DNA of 64,000 nt from Utricularia gibba (taxonomy: Eukaryota > Plantae > Magnoliophyta): NCBI GenBank assembly GCA_002189035.1, contig NEEC01000007.1:3410001-3474000 (forward strand), written 5' to 3'. The notes beneath the pieces are model-generated. The model saw only the letters and a program-made list of their open reading frames with translations, did no database searches and was not told where the DNA came from. Positions 36,232-48,331 of this stretch are shown piece by piece (within the stretch, counting starts at the first letter, position 1; the number at the start of each line of letters is the position of its first letter). The translations under genes were made by a program, and so were the position numbers.

Positions 36232-38287
36232 ATGGATTCTCTCTTCAAGCAGCGTTTCAGTGCTGCCAAATGGTGAACCCTCGATTCGATTTCTGTTTTT
36301 ATTCATGATTCTGATCGTAGGTTCTGTGCGTTTAATTGTTTGGGGGTTACCGAATTGTCGCGGTGGGTGGAGGAAACGGCTCTCCGTGTTGATCTGAATT
36401 TTTTCAGTTGCAAAGTATAGCTATAAAACAAACCAAATCTATTGTTATTAACGCCATCAAATTGCGTTTGTCTCTGTTGAGCAAATTTTATGGTGTTTGT
36501 GGGCGATTCGGGTATGATTTTCTCACTTTCATTCTGTTTTCCCTGAATTTACAGCAAAACATTGCTCAAGCTTAGTATTCCCCGGATCAAGTTACTGAGA
36601 AACAGAAGAGAGGTTCAAATTAAACAGATGAGAAAGGAGATCGCCAAGCTGCTTGAAACGGGCCAGGAAGCCACTGCACGCATCCGGGTATCGAGCAGCT
36701 CTTTTGAACATTTACAGTACTCGTGAATGGAATTCCATTTCCATTGGTTGTGAATCGGTATCAGGTTGAGCACATAATACGTGAGGACAAGATGATGGCT
36801 GCACAAGAAATCGTTGAGCTCTTTTGTGAGCTTATTGCTGTCCGGCTTCCGATCATCGAAGCACAAAAGTAAGTGTCAGAGAAGTAGCATTAGAATTTTT
36901 TTTCTTAGTAGCAGTCGACATTTTTATTATTTGTGAACAGGGAATGCCCCTTGGATCTCAAGGAGGCGATTTCGAGTGTATGCTTTGCAGCGCCAAGATG
37001 TGCTGATCTCCCAGAGTTGCTACAGGTGCAAATTCTGTTTTCTGGTAAATATGGTAAGGAGTTTGTAGCTGCGGCCACAGAGCTTATGCCCGATTGTGGT
37101 GTAAATCGACAGGTCAGGCAGGAATCAGTGGCATCATTATTGGGGCGACTCTTTTGCCTTTTCATGTTTCATATCTTTAACTCAATGTGTTTAAAATTGG
37201 AATTGTAGTTGGTGGAGCTTTTGTCGATTCGAGCTCCATCTCCTGAGGTAAAGCTGAAGCTTTTAACGGAAATCGCAGAAGAGCATGGGCTTGATTGGGA
37301 TGCGAGCGCGACTGAGCATGAACTATTGAAGAAGCATGAAGACTTGCTGGTAAGATCCCTGGTTTTCCCGGCTTTTTCATCATATATGTTTTTCAAATAA
37401 AATCCATCGTTCTCCAGAGTGGTCCAACACAGTTTACCAGTGGCTCTAAGCTCGCTCTTCCTAAAGAGAAACATGAAGAGATAATACAGGCTTCTACTTC
37501 AAAACCCGCTGCCAATGAAATCCCCGATGATGATGATTTGGACATTCTAGGTTTTCCAGAAGTTCCCAGGATGCCGCCGAAGACAAACATTTCAACTCCG
37601 GAGACGCTGCCCTTTCCTGTCTCTGCTTTATCTGAAGATGATAATGAGGAATCGAATCCCGGTGGACCTGCCCATGTAGTGCTGGAGAAACCAGTCGCAA
37701 AAGAAGATGCATCTACCAAAGTTGCAGAAACCCAGTCAGGAGGGGAACGCCTTGTACCACTGGAAACTCGGGCGCAATCTCCACCGTTTTTGAAAGAGAA
37801 ACAGGCCACCTCCGGTCCTGTTGCATCCAACACAAGTGTAGATCTGCAGGATGTCTTGGCTGCTGCTCAAGCTGCAGCTGAGACTGCTGAGCGTGCTGCA
37901 GCAGCTGCCCGTTCAGCTGCCAGTATCGCCCAACGTCGTATCAGTGAGCTTGTCAACAAGAAAAACGATGAAGTCCCAACACGTGTCCATACTGTTGCCC
38001 AGGGTGGTAGGGATGGAAAGATGCTCCTAGCCGATTCCAGCATTGCGTCTCCTCCAACTACAGACAATGGCTTCCTCAATGGTGGTGCAAATCAGCCTTC
38101 ACAGTATGATCCTCAGGCAGCCGAGTATCGTTCATCTCCACCCGTGGACAATGAGGCATCCCCGAGCGCCGATCATAAGCAGCACCACCAGCCTCAGAGA
38201 TTGCCCTCCATGGACGAGGAATCGCTGTTTTCGTACCCGAATCTGTTCTCATCCCATGGCGCAGCAGATCTCAGCAGCCGGACGTAG
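36232..38287 (+). CDS. IST1-like protein (ESCRT-III / regulator of Vps4), 6 exons
   Basis: Exons 36232-36272, 36555-36687, 36765-36868, 36941-37112, 37209-37349 and 37418-38287: AKCKTLLKL..RIKLLRNRR, LLETGQEATARIRVEHIIRE, ELFCELI..RL, CPLDLKEAISSVCFAAPRCADLPEL, DLQDVLAAAQAAAETAERAAAAARSAA. Confidence 0.93.
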
Positions 38288-38430
38288 ATTCCGTTTCCAC
38301 AGACTTTGAAGGTATGAATCAGCTTTCCACATACTCCCGTTGGTATTGGATTGAGACTGGGTGATGTTCTCGGGCTTACATATGCACCCCTTGTGCTCGT
38401 CCTGGAACCGTTACGTTGTTTTTGAATCTA

Positions 38431-38503
38431 TTTTCAATGGCATGATTTGTGGCATCACATGGAATTTTATTTTTCAATGGCATGATTTGTGGCATTACAT
38501 GGA
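38431..38503. repeat. 40-bp-period tandem duplication downstream of the IST1-like gene
   Basis: TTTTCAATGGCATGATTTGTGGCAT(C/T)ACATGGA starts at 38431 and again at 38471. Confidence 0.9.
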
Positions 38504-38586
38504 TAATATACATATTACACATACGAACCTCGCCCAGGTCATGCGTTTTATCGCTCTTTAGGTTCAATTTGTACATGTGTCACCAT

Positions 38587-38605
38587 CTTATCGCTTCCAG
38601 ATAAG
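38587..38605. promoter_or_regulatory. Inverted pair of I-box (GATAAG) motifs upstream of ATPD
   Basis: CTTATC-GCTTCCA-GATAAG, ~115-135 bp before the ATG. I-boxes are established light-responsive elements. Confidence 0.4.
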
Positions 38606-38720
38606 GCGGCGTTTTTCATCCACAGGCTACGATAATGAGATGCTTTAGCTATCCCGCCGCTTCTATTCTATTCGCCACTTACAACCCTAAACAGAACCGC
38701 CAATCCTCCTCGTTTTTCCA

Positions 38721-39461
38721 ATGGCCGGCGCCGCTCTCCAGCAAACCCCAATCACCTTCCGGTCACGTGGTCTCCCGGCGATATCCCACCTCAGCCGCCG
38801 CCCACCGGGAAAACTCTGCCTCTCCTCAAACCTCAAGATCCCCAAACTCACCGTCAAGCCACTGGCACGCCGTGTTCGCGGACGCGGTGCCAGAATGGCG
38901 GACACCGCCGCTGGGAGCTACGCGACTGCTTTGGCGGATGTTGCCTCTTCCAACAACACGCTCGATCAGACCTACGGCGACGTCGAGAATCTGAGCAAAG
39001 TGTTGTCCGACGAGGACGTGGTGAGATTCTTGTCGAATCCGATCATCGACGACTCGGAGAAGCGCAGCATCGTGGGCAAGATTGCGGACTCGTCAGATCT
39101 GCAGCCGCACGTCGTGAACTTTTTGAACATCCTATTGGACATGAAACGGATCGATCTGTTCGGCGAGATCGCGAAGGAGTTCGAGGTGCTGTACAATGGA
39201 CTGACACGGACAGAGCTCGCGGTGGTGACGTCGGTGGTGCAGCTTGAGTCGCAGCAACTGGCGGAGATTGCCAAGGGCGTGCAGCAGCTGACCGGGGCGA
39301 AGAACGTGAGAATCAAGACGGCGATTGACCCGTCGCTGGTGGCCGGATTCACGATTAGGTACGGAAATTCGGGTTCCAAACTGATCGACCTCAGCATCAA
39401 GAAGCAGTTGGAGGAGATCGCCAGTCAACTCGAAATCGGAGAAATTCAACTCGCGCTGTGA
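38721..39461 (+). CDS. ATPD: Chloroplast ATP synthase delta subunit precursor, intronless, 246 aa
   Basis: Transit peptide followed by TAAGSYATALADVASSNNTL, HVVNFLNILLDMKRID, TELAVVTSVVQLE, GAKNVRIKTAIDPSLVAGFTIRYGNSGSKLIDLS. Confidence 0.97.
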   Translation: MAGAALQQTPITFRSRGLPAISHLSRRPPGKLCLSSNLKIPKLTVKPLARRVRGRGARMADTAAGSYATALADVASSNNTLDQTYGDVENLSKVLSDEDVVRFLSNPIIDDSEKRSIVGKIADSSDLQPHVVNFLNILLDMKRIDLFGEIAKEFEVLYNGLTRTELAVVTSVVQLESQQLAEIAKGVQQLTGAKNVRIKTAIDPSLVAGFTIRYGNSGSKLIDLSIKKQLEEIASQLEIGEIQLAL

Positions 39462-39960
39462 TTGTCCGCTTTCCACCTTTTCCCTTCTACGACGCCGTTT
39501 TGGTGTGTTTAACGGGAGGGGGGAGGGCCCTCCTCCTCCTCTTATATACATTTTATTCTAAATTTATTGTGATTGTGATTTTCACCTAATATAAAAAAGT
39601 CAAGTCGGAATCATCCAATGCCCCCCTACGACGCCGTTTGGAGCAAAGACTGTGATGATTACGGTAACGTGTTGGGGCGCGCAAGTGCAGTGCAGGATGG
39701 AGCAAAGTCGCTGGCAGAAGGAAGGAATCTGGCGTCGATGCAAAGGCGCGGGGTGCCTTTTTCATCGCCCCCATCGCCTTTATTCTCATTCCTAAATATT
39801 CCTCCACATCTCATCATCACAAGCAGACGATCGCAGCAGCAGTTGAATTCAACTTTTGCATATTCGAAAAAACAGAAAGATACAGAGGCCCCGCCCCCGC
39901 CCCCGCCCCGCCCCGGTCTCCTCTACTACTCTACTCCCTTGATTCTGATAAAGGTGGATG

Positions 39961-39983
39961 GATAGATAGATAGATAGATAGAT
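39961..39983. repeat. (GATA)5 microsatellite in the HIPP upstream region
   Basis: Read directly from the sequence. Confidence 0.9.
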
Positions 39984-40094
39984 GCCCATCCACCAAGCCT
40001 TCAAGGCTAAGTATGTAGACTCGCCTCCTTCGGGTATATTATAAATTGGAGATCCCTCTGCTCTCTCATTGTTCGCACTCTCCGCTCAGAAGAA

Positions 40095-40620
40095 ATGGGA
40101 GTTTCTGGGACGTTGGATTACTTTGCTGATCTGATCAGCACCGCCAGCCGGAGGAAGAAGAGAACCCTCAACACCGTCTCCATCAAAATCCGGATGGACT
40201 GCGAAGGCTGCGGCCACCGCGTCAAGCGAGTCCTCTCCGGGATGAGAGGTACCGAGTGCTCAGAGTGCATAATCAATAATTCAAAGAAGCCTTGTGAGTG
40301 AAATGAGGCGTGTGTGATGTGCAGGAGCTAAGTCGGTGGAGGTGGACTGGAAGAACCAAAAGGCGACGGTGTTCGGGTTCGTGGAGCAGAAGAAGGTGCT
40401 CAGAGTGGCTAAGGCGATGGGTAAGAAGGTGGAGCCGTGGCCCTACGTACCGTACGAGATCATGGCGCACCCGTATGCGCCCGGCGTCTACGATAAGAAG
40501 GCGCCTCCGAACTTCGTCCGCGGCACCGACGAGCCAGGGGTGGCCACGCTCAATCCCGTCGAGGAACGCTACACGCTCATGTTCAGCGATGACAATCCTT
40601 ACGCTTGTTCCATCATGTAA
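40095..40620 (+). CDS. HIPP: Heavy-metal-associated isoprenylated plant protein (HIPP20-27 clade), 2 exons
   Basis: Exons 40095-40248 and 40325-40620; HMA motif MDCEGC, WPYVPY, YDKKAPP, FSDDNP and CaaX box CSIM*. Confidence 0.95.
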
Positions 40621-40974
40621 TGATCCAAGTTGCCCTTTCAATTCCCAAAAGAAAAAGAGACAGAATTTCCCGTGTTTGGCTCAGATCAACTGGTTGTATG
40701 GCTTGGTTGCAGGTGATGGTCTGAATTCCTGCACCGCCCACTCTAAAAATGCCACTCATTCGGGAGTTGGTGCTCCAATCCATGCACCACCGTGGTGCTC
40801 CAAGCGATCGACCATCCCTGCATCACTTTCTGGTGCGCCCCCCCTTTGGTGTATGAATTGGTCCACGGAAATGTTTGGGCCAAAAGATGTTTCAATACTG
40901 GGCCCGTGTGACCCAATCAATATTGCACTCCACAGAGTACAAATCCCTACACAATTAATATGGGCCTCTAAATA

Positions 40975-42370
40975 AGTAGCATACTTTACAACAGAAACAT
41001 CGAAAATCACAAGAGGCATTTGAAAAATGGTCTTCCATCTTCTTCCAGAACACCATTTATTGATCAAGGTTTCGAAGTGCCAAATATATAACACTTGGGG
41101 CATAAGACAGGGTTTGATAGTTTCAAGTGGATCAAAGAAAAATCAAAATAATATTAAATTGATCCAATCCACAAATCATGAAAGAGTTGAGAGGATTCCT
41201 AGGACTTGCTAGATATTATAGTGGGTTTGTTCCTAAGTTCAGTAGTATTTATGCTCCATTACTTGTTACCTTGGAACATGGGAACTTTAAATGGACTCAA
41301 GAGGTTGATTTAAATTTCAAAAACGTGAGGGAAGCTCTCAAGCCTACGTTTTAGCCTCTTCTAATTTTTTTTTTGTAGAGTCTATAGTCGAGTGCGATGC
41401 TTTTTATTAGGGAATAAGTGTATACTATCACATGTTTCAACAAAACATTGCTAGAGAAACACATGTCATGGGTCACATATGAAAAGGAACTCATGGAAAT
41501 GATGTATGCCATCAAGTGTTACAGGAATAATCTTTGGGATGAGCAATTTTTAGAAAGTGATCATAAAGTGTTTTCAGTAGGTAATGCAAAGATCAACAAT
41601 TGTACCATGTTAACAAAAATGCTTGAATAAATGGATGGGATATGACTGCTCAATTGAATGCAACCAAAGGAGACAAAATGTGTTAGAGGATGTAATTTCA
41701 AGAAAGTAAAAATGTTGAGTATAAGAACTAGCCATTTGTAGGGTTTTTTTTTAAAAAAAAATACTCACTGTGATTTTAGTGTATGAAAAAAGTACTCATC
41801 CTATGTGAAAAAAAAAAAGTCTTATTATATGAGAGAGAGAGAGAGGTGTAGTAGGTAAATTTATAAAAGACCCATCATTTGTATGTATTAATTTTCATTA
41901 ATTGATCAGTTGAGATAAGAAGTAGTTTAAAACAAGATTTACAATCATTATTTCAAGTGACTCAATGGGGATCGATGAAAAAAAAAAAACTCAAACATCC
42001 AAGATGAGCATATTCTTTAGGACATAATTCATTCGAATGTTAATTTCACACATACTTATGAGATTTTTTCTTCCGTTCATAATGCTTGCCATGAAGAGAT
42101 ACATAAAATGCTATAATTATCAAGAGGGACTTCTTTTGTTCAGATATGAAAACACAAGTGCAATAAATTTGCTAGAAGTTGTTAGACTTTTGACTAATCA
42201 AAGGTTGAGCAGTTGAAACCAAGGTGATTATTCCAATTATTGAGCATTTTGAAAAGAATTTAATCTATGCTTTCTATGAATTTTATTGACGAGTTACAAA
42301 CTTTATGAGATAATAAGTTCATTTTGGTGGTGGATCATTTTATCCAAATATTCTCACTTCATTTTTTTTA
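40975..42370 (+). mobile_element. Highly degenerate Ty3/gypsy pol relic (RT end, RNase H, integrase start)
   Basis: Conceptual translation across frames gives HLKMVFHLL..SKC, LRGFLGLA.YY..FV, ECDA, TYEKEL, SDHK and SMNFIDEL..LVVDH. Confidence 0.7.
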
Positions 42371-43780
42371 GCTTATCCTTGTTGATTAATAAACAAGAAA
42401 TCCTTGAATGTAGTTTGAAGTCAACATTATTCTTCTAGAAGTTAGTTGATTGTATGTAGTTAGTTTATTTACTAATACGTTGTAACTGCTTCATAGTAGT
42501 TTAGTATTGGATAGAGATCATCAATCCTTATAATTATTTGTAATAATTTCAGGAAGAAATAATAAGAATATTTTCAAATTTATTCCTTATTTTTACAACA
42601 CCTTGTCTTGATTCTGTGTTTTGTTTATTCACATCTTCCAACTTTATGGTATCAAAACTTAAGATGTTTAATAACAATGTTTTTATTAAATACATCACAC
42701 CAATAGGAAAAAAAAATATTATGTTACATCTGAAGTAATTGATAAAAACATACCCAATTACCATTCAAGATATTATATGTGAACAATACATTGAATAAAT
42801 CTGTAATTGTTTGAATTAGTCGAGATAGTAGATTGCAGCTTCTTCTCAACGACGAAGAATTCATCATTAGAATTTTCTAATTTTTCAGAACTACAGCTAG
42901 TAGACAGAGATAAATTTAAATTAAAAACTTACAAATGTTGTATAAAGAAAACATTTGCTATAATAAACATTTTAAATTTGGTAGATGACATGTTCATATT
43001 CATCTTATATCTTTCGCAAACATATATCATTTTTTAATTCTTATATCAAGGCATTCTCGTCATGTCAAAGTCATGTTCCACCATGTCAAAAGCATATCTC
43101 ATCATTTAAAAAAGAAAAAAATCATCTCAAAAGCATTTTACACATTGAGTCATAATGTCTAGTTAATATAGAATAATAAAGTTTTACAAAAATTCAAATA
43201 TGTTCATACATAAAAAAATACACAATATTTAATCCAAGTAAGAACATATATCACATGTGATTTTTGATTGATCCAAGGAAAATCATTCTCCAACTTCATA
43301 AAAGCATCATGATACAAAGCTTGCTTTTGTGAATTTTTCCAATTTTCGTACACTAAGGTGAAGAGGTCGTTGGAATAATTGGAGAGAAAAGAATTGATTG
43401 CCAATCAACAAATGATAGAGGACTTTCCTAAATTTTTGACATTTCATATGTACTTAGAGAATTGAAGAGAGTGAATATTTAGATATATAAAACATCAATT
43501 AAAATAATTAAATAAACTGACATACTTAATCAAAATTAAAACATATCTCATGTATGACATTGAAACTAATGAATAAAAATATATTCTAATCTTTATCATC
43601 CTATCCCAACATGCATCATTACCCTCAATTGTTTTCAATACTTCATTCTATCCTACTCTATAATCTTCTTTAGATTCATCCATATGTTCCAATCTTTCTT
43701 TATCATTTCAAATTTGTTTATAATTTGTTTTTTTATTAAAATTATGACCAATAGTTTGTTTGAATTCCTTAAATATAGCG

Positions 43781-44117
43781 TGTATAAGGCCATGGGCCTT
43801 GTGACGGTTACGTATTCCACATTGATTATGGATGGGAGAGGAGATGCGTTTAAATAGAGGGACCCTTTTAATCTTACATGAGGTATTTTCTCTAGAAGGG
43901 GAGAATGTAAAACCGTGAGGATTGGGTGCTCGAAGCGAACAATATCATGCAAGGTGAGGGTGGGTCGTGACATTTGATATCAGAGCCAAACTCGAGCTCG
44001 TTCTGATGGTGGGTATAAGAAATGTAACGCCACGACCCTTGTGATGGTTACGTATCCCATATTAGTTGCGGACAGAGGAGGGGACGTGCTTAAATAGAGG
44101 GACCCTCCTAATTTATT
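43781..44117 (+). mobile_element. TRIM (terminal-repeat retrotransposon in miniature): LTR1 43781-43972, PBS, 50-bp internal domain, truncated LTR2 44023-~44117
   Basis: LTR1 TGTA..GGGTCGTGACA contains GAAGCGAACAATATC, resembling the AAAGCGGACAATATC TRIM motif. PBS TGATATCAGAGCC at 43975. LTR2 repeats CCTTGTGA(C/T)GGTTACGTAT..TAAATAGAGGGACCCT. Confidence 0.85.
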
Positions 44118-44243
44118 CAACACATCAAAAGAAATTTATAAACCTAGCTATTCAACAAATCACTGGAATTAATATAGTGTGGTAAGTAAGAGTCGAATTC
44201 ATAGGAATATTTGCAATTTCTTGAAGTTCTTTACATTTATTAA

Positions 44244-45883
44244 AAACATGTGGGTTTTGTGGGGGTTTAGCTCTAATGCGCATAAAACGTAAAATAGCAG
44301 TAGTTGAAATAAATGAGTTACAATGCTGAAGAAGCACAGAAAATAATAGGGATGCACAGAAAATGTAAAGTGAAGGTGTCTTGGTTGGGTTTTTTATGCG
44401 TGTCGTTTCTACAACAAATTTTAATAATTTTAAAACTCGTAAAACACAAAAGCGTAGTACGGGTGTCGAACACAGGGAGTTGTTTTTGAGTGAAAGGTGA
44501 AGTACCCCAAATACAACTGTCACGATTTGTAAACGGTTTTGAAGGTGAAAGGTGCGAGAAACGTTGATGATGAAGCTTGAGTAAGGGAATGAGAAAGATT
44601 TTGAATAAACAGCTGAAATAAACGTAAGCGATGAACCTTAAATAAAGTAAATATTCCTGGGTTTGGAATCCTGTCCAACTATGTTCATTGCGTCTTCACT
44701 CTTCTCTGATCTTCTCGAGTACTCGGTTATAGGAGTAAGGAATTGCCTACCCTCCCTTACACTCTCTTGCAAGAAGGCACGGGAATAGCCCAATGTTGCT
44801 CTTCCTTAGACGAACGTGAGAATAAGAGGTCCTGCCAGCATACCCTCATGGCCGAATTGCACGCATGTGCCCAAGTGTTGCCAATGACCCAATGAGTCCA
44901 GATACGAGGTCCTGTCCATTGATCCTGAGGGACGGCCACAGACAAAATATAGTCTTCCTCTTGTCAAAAGGGCGTGAGTTGGTGCTTTCCACCTTGCTTC
45001 TCTCCAAAACTCGCAGGAAGTGATCAGCTAACCATGAATCTTGAATAAGGGGACTGTTACAGAAAGACTACAACATAGTCGCGCGAAGACATACGAAACC
45101 CGTTCGGATTCAGAGAAAATGTGAAGATAAACTAACGATACATAGATCTGGTGGTGTTCCAACCCAGAAATGGAAGTTTTTTAGCCACGAACGGTCATAC
45201 AAACTAAAGAAAACGCGAACAAGGTTCTAGAGAGAAGCTAGAGGAAAAATCCTCTAGAGAGAGAAAAACAAAAGAGAAAACTAAACTAACTAACTTGCTA
45301 ACGTCTAAATAGAATGGAACTTCAATGAGAGTCTGAGATTTCGTGTTCCTGTGATTCTGCTGAACTTGGGATGACTTGCAAGCAACGTTTGACACTGGTA
45401 CGCTAATGATGTCGCCAGTCAGAGACTCCCGTGTTCCGCACATTAAGGCTCATGATTAGGCGTCTGCAGTCTTCCGGAAATCAAGGAAATGTCAGCTCGG
45501 GAAGATCCAATTTGTCGCCATCTGATGTCCTCTTTCTCTCACTTCTTGTCACGTGTGCGCTTCTAGAAAAACTTAATTAAAACTAGTAAAATTAATAGAT
45601 AAAATACAAGATTTATGATAATTATCCTAAACTAGATAAAAACCTAAATCTCATATTATAAACTCCTAATTAGACACTTCTAATCACATTTAGACATAAA
45701 AGCAACCTAAGAAATAGTAAGAAAATGACACGTAAACATGTGGGTTTTTTGGGGGTTTAGCTCTAATGTGCATAAGATGTAAAATAGCAGTAGTTGAAAT
45801 AAATGAGTTACAATGCTGAAGAAGCACAGAAAATAACAGGGATGCACAGAAAATATAAAGTGAAGGTGTCTTGGTTGGGTTTT
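44244..45883 (+). repeat. 150-bp direct duplication (44244-44393 and 45734-45883)
   Basis: Gap-free alignment with 6 substitutions counted by eye, 5 of them transitions. Confidence 0.95.
44394..45738 (-). mobile_element. Athila/Tat-like solo LTR (~1.35 kb)
   Basis: Imperfect inverted termini (TTATGCGTGTC../..GACACGTAAACA); CTCCCTGTGTTCGAC motif near the 3' end on the minus strand; no coding region. Confidence 0.7.
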
Positions 45884-47727
45884 ACACCACGGTTTAACTC
45901 TTGTGTCATTTAAGAGAGTTAGTAGACTTTAACTCAGCTTAAACACGCTTAAAAATAGGGCAAAGAGTCATGGAAACAGTAAATAACATGTCAAATTTAA
46001 AACCAAACATGAAGAGCTTTAATAGGAACACGTTCATAAGCTAAGATAGGGTTCACAAGAGATTTCTTGTTCGCAACAGGGCATCAGAAACGTAATAGAA
46101 AGCATGGAAACACACATAGTAACAGTAGCAAGTTCGACAACAAAATATCAGCGCAGAATGTGAAAAAAAATAGTCAAGCTATTTCTCTTGATGGTAGATT
46201 TGCAGAAAATCGAAATTTTGGGTGGAAACACGATCTGAAGACATAGATTTGAAGTTGGCCAGAGCTGTTTGACGGAAAACCATTGTTCTCCTTGCTCACT
46301 GCTCCCTCTTGTTCGCTCCCCCTCTCTCTTCTTCCTCTTTCCTTTTACCGCTCAAAGCAAGAGTATTTCCATGTTTTTCATGGGCTTCTTAAGGAAGATC
46401 TCTACTCCTGATCTTATCTTTTCAGAAAGCGGTTACTTTCGGTGAAAAATGGCTTTTTCTCAGCTTTTATGCTTCTTTTGACTCGTCAACATGAAAAATG
46501 CATTACCAACACAAACTCTTACCATATTAAAACTTAAATACAAAATAAAGGAAAAAATGAAAATTTTCAACTCAATTGTTGTCGATTGAGCATGTTTTCA
46601 CACTAAACATATTTCAACAAACTAAATAAACGAAAGTAGATAATTTAGTACACTAATCAACATTTAACCCTATAAAACATATCTAAAAATACATATAAAA
46701 ATACAATAAAAACAGTATTATGAAATATACTTTTAATAAAGTTAAAATTAGATCCCAAAATTGCTTTTCATACATAAAATACCAAAAAAAACTCAATAAC
46801 TCAATAACAACACTCCCAAACAATTAAAACGAGAAAATACTAAGGAATTAAAAAATCTATTAAATAACATCTAAATAACCAATTGCTGCATAAGGATTCA
46901 AAATCATATACAAGAATAACAAAACATAGAGAACAATCAATTTAAATGAACAATCCAAAAAAATCATATAAATAAGAATAAAAAAATCTTTAAACTTGCT
47001 ATCAAAGTAATGATCAAAACCATAAAACTACAAAATGATCATATATACTAAGATTGATATGTGAAATACTAAATTTCAACCTCCACATAACACAAGTTCA
47101 CAGCAAAATAGCTTTTCAGAAGCGTTGATATCGGCAAAAGGGAAGGAAATGGAGAAGACGATATCCTAGCATAAATACAAATGTTTATTAGAATTTAAAG
47201 TAGGTATAATAATTATGAATATTTTGGTAATTATAAGAATACAATTGATTTGAAAAAAATAAGTAAGTTTCCTTTACTTTTAAAGTTAATTTTAAGTAAC
47301 TTAAAAATAATATTTAAAATCAATTATAAATTATAAATAATTTATAATAACTTAGAATAGCTTATAAGTAATGCAAAATATTCCCATTATCAAATGATAG
47401 ATAAGAATAAAAATAATATTGATTAGATGAAAAAATAATATAAAATAAATAGATTCTCAAAATTTATTCTTATACTAAAAGCATTGTCATCAATTACAAA
47501 TTCAACTTTTTTTAAAAACCTGATAATTGCGTTTTTACCTTACTTGCATCAAATGGAAATCATCAAATTACAAGCATATGCTATAAATAATATAAGCAAT
47601 TTCATCCCTACACACAAGTTTTGAGTAAGTAATTTACAAGAGCATCACTTTCTAAATAATTTGTTCACTTAGTTTATGGAAATTGTTTGAAGAATCTTAT
47701 ATATCCTACATTTCTCAAACTTCTATC

Positions 47728-48331
47728 TGATGAGCCACATGAAGATAATGAAGTGTATTTAAAAAATGATGAAGAGTTTGCCCAAGTGAACACATTAAAA
47801 ACAAAGATCATTCCACCAGGATCGATTACTAGGAACAAGAGCAAGATACTTGAAAATATACTTAAGACCCTACTCAATACTATTGGAATCAAACATGGAC
47901 TTGAAGACATCCCATCAAAGAAGTTCAACTACTTGAAACTGGATTTACCTTAGAGTATTGTGCTTGTTAGATTTTTCTATTTCATTTAGTTTGGGCCAAA
48001 TAATGTTAAAGCTCAATCCTAGAGTATAAATACTCCATAGATGTACTTTTTCAGGGGATTTAGTTCATTTTGATGTATCTTGTGAGGATTTTCCTCTTTT
48101 TTGAATGCTTGAACACTCTTGACTTATCAAACTTTGAGCTTATGGTGTCCTAGTATTATCACTTCCATTTCCTTCTCGTTCTAAAGTGTGGCTCCTAAAT
48201 TCTCTTTCTTTCAAAATCTGGTTGTAAGAGATTCATTCTATTGAGGGTAAACTTGGATGAGTTCCTTTCTAAGCTTCAAATCACCTCTTGTTCGTGGATT
48301 GCTAATCTTGTTAGATTAGAGGGTCACATCA
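47728..48331 (+). mobile_element. CRM-like (centromeric retrotransposon clade) solo LTR, 604 bp, with a 5-bp TSD
   Basis: TGATGAG...CACATCA termini; TSD CTATC at 47723-47727 and 48332-48336; encodes GSITRNKSK, similar to the CR motif GPITRARAK; TATAAATA at ~48025. Confidence 0.85.

Larger units (their letters stand above)
44118..46700 (-). mobile_element. Older Athila-like LTR that truncates the TRIM and hosts a second LTR; far boundary approximate
   Basis: The GTAAGAGTCGAATTCATAGGAA motif near 44185 resembles Athila LTR 3' ends. The sequence continues after 45883. Confidence 0.45.

Noticed and set aside
39487-39638. CTACGACGCCGTTT repeated at ~39487 and ~39625, and GC-rich ORFs at 39586-39965
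   Set aside because: A single 14-bp repeat with no recognisable product; probably ATPD 3' UTR and HIPP promoter sequence.
40310-40975. 221-aa ORF overlapping HIPP exon 2
   Set aside because: An alternative frame of GC-rich coding sequence running into the 3' UTR, with no motif.
41735-42070. Possible Mutator-like MITE starting GGGTTTTTTTTTAAAAAAAAATACTC
   Set aside because: No matching right TIR or TSD was found.
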